From Macrostomum lignano (lineage: Eukaryota), in contig NIVC01004578.1 in assembly GCA_002269645.1 (NCBI GenBank), positions 1-41,423 of the forward strand: 41,423 nt of DNA, read 5' to 3'. Below, one piece after another: positions 35,591 to 41,423 of the stretch. Under the pieces are notes generated by a model. It was not told the origin of the DNA, made no database searches, and saw nothing but the letters and a program-made list of their open reading frames with translations. Both the position numbers and the translations under genes were made by a program. The first letter of the stretch is position 1. Every line of letters starts with the position of its first letter.

Positions 35591-37491
35591 TGCTCAGCAA
35601 CAACACCCCACTCAGTAGTTCGGTCAGTCAGGTAAATAAAATCAGTCACATTTTTAATAAAGAGAACGCCTCATTGCCGTAAAATTTCTTTTTCTTACTT
35701 TGACTGCAAAATAAATAAAGAATTAAGTCACTGATTAATTTTAGAACGTTGCTTTGAAAAAAAAACAGTGAATACGAACTGCATGATCATCAAAGGTTTT
35801 AAAACCTTTCACATGTCCATGTCACTGCGACACTGCTGCAATGCATTTCTAGACTTGGCTGTCTTACATGTAGATAAAAATAGAAATTACAAACAGCAGA
35901 TAAATAAAGGCCGCCTTATTAAGAGTTTTGCTGTCTAACTGGCAAACTTGCCTGTTTAACGAGTTAACTTGCTTGATTAGCTAAAATGTATACTTTTTCT
36001 TCTGTGTATTTGGTGTTGCTGTGAGAGAGGAGAGGAGAGAAAAAAGAGGAGAGGGGAATAGAAAGAAGAAATGAGAAAGAGGAGAGAGCAGGGGAGAGAG
36101 GAGAGGGGAGAGGGGAGAGTTGGTAAAGTTTGGTTGGGAATGGAAGAAACCAGTACACATGAGAGGATGTACATGTACAGGCTTTATAAATCCTATTCAT
36201 GGGGTAGAAAATAGACCTAGTTTTTAAGAAATCGGCCTAAATTTATAGATAAATTATCACTTGATTTGGCTCACAACCACCCAGCCAAAAATTAACTGCA
36301 TGCTGCTAAACGGACTACGAATTAAATAAATATCAAATCAAAATTAAACGCCGGAATGCAAGAAGTATATGATGTACGTGATGTACAGGAATGTAGCAAT
36401 TGTGGAGGATCGGGTTTTTCCTGGAAATGCACTGCATTCATCTGGATGAATTGGAACTGCGCATATTTTATATAGCGCTATATATCAACTGCGTAATTCG
36501 CGAAGATATGAATTAGTATAGTTCAAAAAAGTATGCATTTCTGATACTTTCCAATGCAGCGCGATATGGTGCATATTTTCCTTTATTTGAATTTAGCTGT
36601 AATTTAGAACCTACATGTACATGTATCGGCTAGGGGTGCCAAAAGTTGAGGGTGCCAACAGGACTTTAATTTAGCGTAGTGTACGTGGCTCCATAGTAAC
36701 TATGTTAGTGATGCCGGAAAGACACAGGGCGAGCTCTGAATAGCACCATTTAGAACTGACGATTTAGATGTGCATGGGCGCGTTAGAAAATTTCGGCGTT
36801 TTTTAATTAGTTGTTTAGTGTAAATACTATCAGAATTAACGCAGTGCTGAATGGGGTTGCCCGCCATTGACAAATTTGGTCGGCAAAAATCTATTTTTTA
36901 GTAGCATGCTAAATTTACTGTCAATACGACAATTACTTCGTATGCGTCGCTTTAAAGGCCTCCCAGCTAATTTCTAAGACGATCGATGGTAAAGTCTCAT
37001 AACTCCAGTTGTATACTCGTATGGTACCATAATGGCAAATTTTAGAACTTTCTTGAAAGCATCGACGAGTCATTGTTTTTGTGTCGAAAGATTTTATTTA
37101 TGTTTAAGCCAATTACGTCAGCTCCATAAAAAATATAATCTTTTTTTGATTTTAACCTCGAATCCCCCATGGAACTGTTAATTAGGCAATTGATTTCCGG
37201 TTTTATTAATCTTTGGTCTTAACAGGTAAAACAAATATACCAAGGTCTGCTATTCATGAGACTTAGATTGTAAAATGTCTTTAAAATTAAGTCATAATAA
37301 AGTATTTATTATATTTCGAAAATTCTAAATCTTATACGTATTATCAGTTTCCTAGTAGGCTGAGACGATAGCAAAATTTAATGGAAAATTTTCGAGTTTA
37401 TTTTATTCTTGAGGCTTGCCTTCTAAACGTTTACGATCACAACAGGCAGAAGTGCATTGTTATATCCTGTTAAATTAATAAAACTATCAGA

Positions 37492-37654
37492 ATGTTTGTG
37501 GCCCCTAGTGTCACACATTCCGTCAAAAACAGCACACTATCAGTTTATGAACGTCAAGTTCCACGCCAGTACGAAGATGCAGCTGGAATCCAGCGCGGTG
37601 CTTACTCGGCTCAGTATTTCCCTGTTAGGCCACTGCTCAGAGCCGGAGAATCAG
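37492..37654 (+). CDS. XRRA1: XRRA1-like exon 1 (start codon uncertain)
   Basis: AYSAQYFPVRPLLRAGES resembles the XRRA1 N-terminal NCFPARNLLR. Donor G|GTATG is phase 1 and fits the next exon. Confidence 0.7.
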
Positions 37655-38454
37655 GTATGCGACTTTTTCGAAATAATTGAACTTGTACACTTTATTTGTT
37701 TAATAAGGTTTTAATACAGTGAACTACGAGCGTATATGAAATTGTTTTTTTGTATTCGTATCTATTTCGGATTGAACAGCCAACGAAGAAAAAGCATTAG
37801 AAATTCAGCTTCTAATTAAATTAAAAAGTGCCAAAAATTTCCAAATTTTATTGCATGATTACAGTTTTTGATAAGCTAAGCTTTTTAGAGCTAAGTATTT
37901 TAAATAAAGTTGTTTTCTGTGAAACCAATAAGAAGCAGCAAAAAACTATTTTATTATTTTATGCTTACTGGTTTAGGCCCCTCAATAAATTGTTTATTTT
38001 TAATTCGGACATTATGTTGTATGATCAAATCTTAGTTAACTTCAATAATTTCTATACTGCGATAATCAGCTATTATACATTTATATTTTGTTCACATTTC
38101 TTTGAAGAAGTTATCATACACTAAGCTTACTGCTAATATTTTTATCTTAATAAGCCAAATAAGCCTTGTGCTGTTGTGCATTGAATATAACCAAGTTCAA
38201 ATTTGTTAAAATAGCTCCAGAACTTAAAAATTAACTTCAGACGTTGATTAGTTGTACTGCTTTAATATCAAACATCCATGTAGAATTTTAAGTATTTTTG
38301 GGAATCTAATGGTAAGAAAGTTTCAATTTGTCTGAAAAGTACAATTTGGAGACACTTCTCTATATATGTATGCACTTAAATTTGTTTCTATATTCTTCAT
38401 AATTAAATGACAATTGTGCTAATAATTCACAATTATTATTACAATTATTATCAG

Positions 38455-38639
38455 ACGGCGCCTGGCTGGTTGCTCACAAGGCCGAGGAGCGGCGGCGATT
38501 CAACGAACTGCTGTCAAAGCAGCATCGCGCCAGCAAGCGCCAGGCGGCAGCTGCCGGATCTTCTGGCCGCGGCAACAGCGGCGGAGCTGGTACCCAGGCG
38601 GACGGGGAAGAGCAGACCTGTCTCGATGGATTCTACCTG
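38455..38639 (+). CDS. XRRA1: XRRA1-like exon 2
   Basis: TCAG|(D)GAWLVAHKAEERRRF...CLDGFYL|GT. 185 nt, phase 1/0. Confidence 0.8.
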
Positions 38640-38775
38640 GTCAGACAGAGTGACAGACTCAGGATCGGCTAGGGGCTTTCTTAGATTTAGAAGCAGCAAG
38701 TGGGATAGTCCTTAGGCTATTCAATGTAGAAATGGTGTCCCGCATCTGATCTGATAAATCTCATTAATTATGCAG

Positions 38776-38920
38776 CTTCGAGTTGTTCGCGTTGACGATC
38801 CTTCGTTTGTCTGCCACGTGGACGTCAGCGGGCGGAATCTGACTGAAGTGAAAGAGGAAGATTTGCAGCTGTTTGACAGTGTGACCAGTTTGAAGGCTGG
38901 CGAGAATCTGCTTAGACTGG
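38776..38920 (+). CDS. XRRA1: XRRA1-like exon 3 (LRR)
   Basis: LRVVRVDDPSFVCHVDVSGRNLTEVKEEDLQLFDSVTSLKAGENLLRL-G|GTGAG, compared with XRRA1 KPSDLCTINVSG...KENDF..F.SV..INASENLL. Confidence 0.88.
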
Positions 38921-38939
38921 GTGAGGAATTTTCAAGATG

Positions 38940-39520
38940 AGCAGCGTGAGGTGGGTGTGCGGAGTGAGGTGGCCGTGCGGAGTGAGGTGGATGTGCAGTG
39001 TGCGGTGGGTGTGCGGAGTGAGTTGGGTGTGCGGAGTGAGGTGGATGTGCAGCTTAAGGTGGGTGTGCGGGGTGAGGTGGCTGTGCGGGGTGAGGTGGCT
39101 GTGCGGAGTGAGGTGGCTGTGCGGAGTGAGGTGGCTGTGCGGAGTGAGGTGGCTGTGCGGAGTGAGGTGGCTGTGCGGAGTGAGGTGGCTGTGCGGAGTG
39201 AGGTGGATGTGCAGTGTGCGGTGGGTGTGCGGAGTGAGTTGGGTGTGCAGAAAGAGGTGGGTGTGCGGAGTGAGGTGGATGTGCAACATGAGGTGGATGT
39301 GCAGCGTGAGGTGGATGTGCAGCGTGAGGTGGCTGTGCGGAGTGAGGTGGATGTGCGGAGTGAGGTGGATGTGCGGAGTGAGGTGGATGTGCGGAGTGAG
39401 GTGGATGTGCGGAGTGAGGTGGGTGTGCGGAGTGAGGTGGATGTACGGAGTGAGGTGGATGTGCAGAGTGAGGTGGCTATGCGGGGTGAGGTGGATGTGC
39501 AGAGTGAGGTGGATGTTTGG
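38940..39520. repeat. 18-bp minisatellite (GTGCGGAGTGAGGTGGAT)n filling XRRA1 intron 3
   Basis: About 32 units. Confidence 0.95.
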
Positions 39521-39600
39521 TTTAGCGAGTAAAGAAGTAGTATGAAACAATGTCAAAATGCAAAGATTATTTCAAACTATTACCTAATTATTCTAATCAG

Positions 39601-39698
39601 AGCCACTGAATGGATTTCCCAACCTGCGCGAACTGGAGATCCCATTCAACGGACTAAGAAATCTACAATTGACTGCTGACTCGTTTCCTAATTTAGAG
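39601..39698 (+). CDS. XRRA1: XRRA1-like exon 4 (LRR)
   Basis: (E)PLNGFPNLRELEIPFNGLRNLQLTADSFPNLE|GTGAG. 98 nt, phase 1/0. Confidence 0.9.
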
Positions 39699-39821
39699 GT
39701 GAGGCGTCGAGGTGACTGGGCGATGTTTTTAGCCCAGTACGAGTGTAACATTATTGAAGTGAGCCACTGATAGTTTGTGCCCCATACATATAGCAATTTA
39801 GAATCCGCCCACAATTTCCAG

Positions 39822-39967
39822 TTCCTGGATGTGTCCTACAACGAACTGACAAAAGACGATCTTTTCAACATCGGTCTCTTGAAACGGCTTCGTCGACTAC
39901 ACGCTGGTGGAAACGGACTCGCGGAACTGCCCGAAGATATGGCGCTGCCGGATATTGCTGTTGACGG
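39822..39967 (+). CDS. XRRA1: XRRA1-like exon 5 (LRR)
   Basis: FLDVSYNELTKDDLFNIGLLKRLRRLHAGGNGLAELPEDMALPDIAVD-GG|GTGAG. Phase 0/2. Confidence 0.9.
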
Positions 39968-40073
39968 GTGAGCTGCGTGTGAGAGTGAAGTGATGATGGG
40001 AGCTGCGTTTGAGAATGAATTTCAACTACTCATAGTACTAACGTGTTTCTAATGCTTGAACTGTAATTTTCAG

Positions 40074-40088
40074 CCACGGCAAAATAAA
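40074..40088 (+). CDS. XRRA1: Candidate 15-nt microexon of XRRA1-like gene
   Basis: TTTTCAG|CCACGGCAAAATAAA|GTAAG. Phase 2/2, frame-preserving. Confidence 0.45.
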
Positions 40089-40315
40089 GTAAGCCGATGC
40101 GGGATTAAGATTTACCTGCGTATTGCTGTTTGTTTGAAGCCTCTAAATACGACGGCTTGATGCCAGCATTTATGATTCTGTTTGCCAACCTTCGTCGATA
40201 TGCTTTTGAATATTAATAATTAGCTATTTTTAATTAATTTACACGTAGCTGTCTTTTGGTTGGCATTTAATGCAAGACAATAAACAATAAAATCGTTCAT
40301 TTTTATCAATTTTAG

Positions 40316-40414
40316 AGAGGCACAGCAAAGATTTCAAAGTCTCGAGTGCCTCATGCTGGACGACAACCGACTGTCCGATCCCAAGGCGTTTGCGTCTCTG
40401 GCTACCCTCAGAAA
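40316..40414 (+). CDS. XRRA1: XRRA1-like exon (LRR)
   Basis: EAQQRFQSLECLMLDDNRLSDPKAFASLATLR-AA|GTGAGT, compared with XRRA1 RFPALETLMLDDNRLSNPSCFASLAGLRR. Confidence 0.92.
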
Positions 40415-40424
40415 GTGAGTGCAG

Positions 40425-41040
40425 AGGGGTCAGGGGGGGGCAGCCACACATTGACAGAAGAGCAGCCACACACTGACAGAAGGCCAGTCACACACTGACA
40501 GAAGGGCAGCCACACACTGACAGAAGGGCAGCCACACGCTGACAGAAGGGCAGCCACACACTGACAGAGAGGGCAGCCATACACTGAAAGAGAGGGCAGC
40601 CACACACTGACAGAGAGGGCAGCCACACACTGACAGAAGGGCAGCCACACGCTGACAGAAGGGCAGCCACACACTGACAGAGGGCAGCCACACAATGACA
40701 GAAGGGCAGCCACACGCTGACAGAAGGGCAGCCACACACTGACAGAGAGGGCAGCCACACACTGACAGAGGGGCAGTCACACATTGACAGAAGAGCAGCC
40801 ACACACTGACAGAAGGCCAGTCACACACTGACAGAAGGGCAGCCACACACTGACAGAAGGCCAGTCACACACTGACAGAAGGGGCAGCCACACATGACAG
40901 AAGGGCAGCCACACACTGACAGAAAGGGCAGCCACACACTGACAGAGAGGGCAGCCACACGCTGACAGAAGGGCAGCCACACACTGACAGAAGGGCAGCC
41001 ACACACTGACAGAAGGGCAGCCACACACTGACAGAGAGCT
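40425..41040. repeat. 22-bp minisatellite (CAGCCACACACTGACAGAAGGG)n filling an XRRA1 intron
   Basis: About 28 units. Confidence 0.95.
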
Positions 41041-41071
41041 CACAAGCCATCGAACTGGCGCACCCCTGCAG

Positions 41072-41365
41072 ACTGAAGGTTCTCAGCCTGGAGAAGAACG
41101 AGTTCAGCGGCATCCCCTACCTGCGAGTGACGGAAGACGCAGACGGGCTGTCGGTGTCGCTCTCGCCGACCTCGACTCGCCGACAGCGCTCCAGCAAGAG
41201 CGCCCGCGGCAGCAGAGGCTCGCGATGAGCTCTGCCAGAAAGCCGCAGCTGCAGCAGAAACAGCCGCAGCAGGCCAACGAATCTGGCGCTGGCCGACGAA
41301 CTGACTGTGGTCGGGGGCCCGAAACCCGCTTTTCAGCGCTCGCCTGAACGACGCAGCAGCGCCGA
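41072..41365 (+). CDS. XRRA1: XRRA1-like exon (LRR plus low-complexity linker), interrupted by an in-frame TGA at 41226-41228
   Basis: CTGCAG|A-LKVLSLEKNEFSGIPYLRV..., compared with XRRA1 LKKLSLDENRIIRIPYL. The same frame resumes after the TGA and reaches GA|GTAAG at 41365. Confidence 0.75.
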
Positions 41366-41423
41366 GTAAGCAAAAGTCTTTGGAAGAAGAAAAAGAGGCT
41401 GCAAGGGAAGCAAAAGAAGTTCC

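Noticed and set aside
34640-35682. MIRFRGRESQ-repeat ORFs, and similar ORFs at 692-1132, 22805-23691, 26527-27216, 38912-39556 and 40408-41043
   Set aside because: All are frames through minisatellites.
29050-36845. Shared 11-mer AATTAACGCAG near the 28S fragment and at about 36835
   Set aside because: Repeated 11-mers are expected by chance in 41 kb and the flanks do not align.

Overview
Eukaryotic (metazoan) genomic DNA with spliceosomal GT-AG introns and dense tandem repeats. The overall style resembles the flatworm Macrostomum, but that is inference only. Two head-to-head genes can be rebuilt by hand. (1) A discoidin-domain-receptor (DDR)-family gene on the minus strand, ATG at 33133, with six exons found (33049-33133, 22672-22789, 11141-11291, 7513-7620, 6153-6693, 5771-5927) encoding the signal peptide, DS and DS-like domains. 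No TM or kinase exon was found, so these probably lie left of the window. (2) An XRRA1-like leucine-rich-repeat gene on the plus strand from about 37492 to the window end. The DDR introns hold several mobile elements. One is a 4.3-kb non-autonomous Helitron (11445-15741) with exact termini, extra degenerate 3' ends and a 23-bp satellite that expanded inside it. Another is a young 5'-truncated RT+RNase H non-LTR retrotransposon (about 24109-26475) flanked by a roughly 1-kb direct duplication. There is also a tRNA/CORE-like SINE, and an isolated 28S rRNA fragment altered exactly at the R2/I-PpoI site. Most long ORFs in the track are repeat artefacts. Several single-base deficits in G/C runs suggest residual long-read assembly errors.
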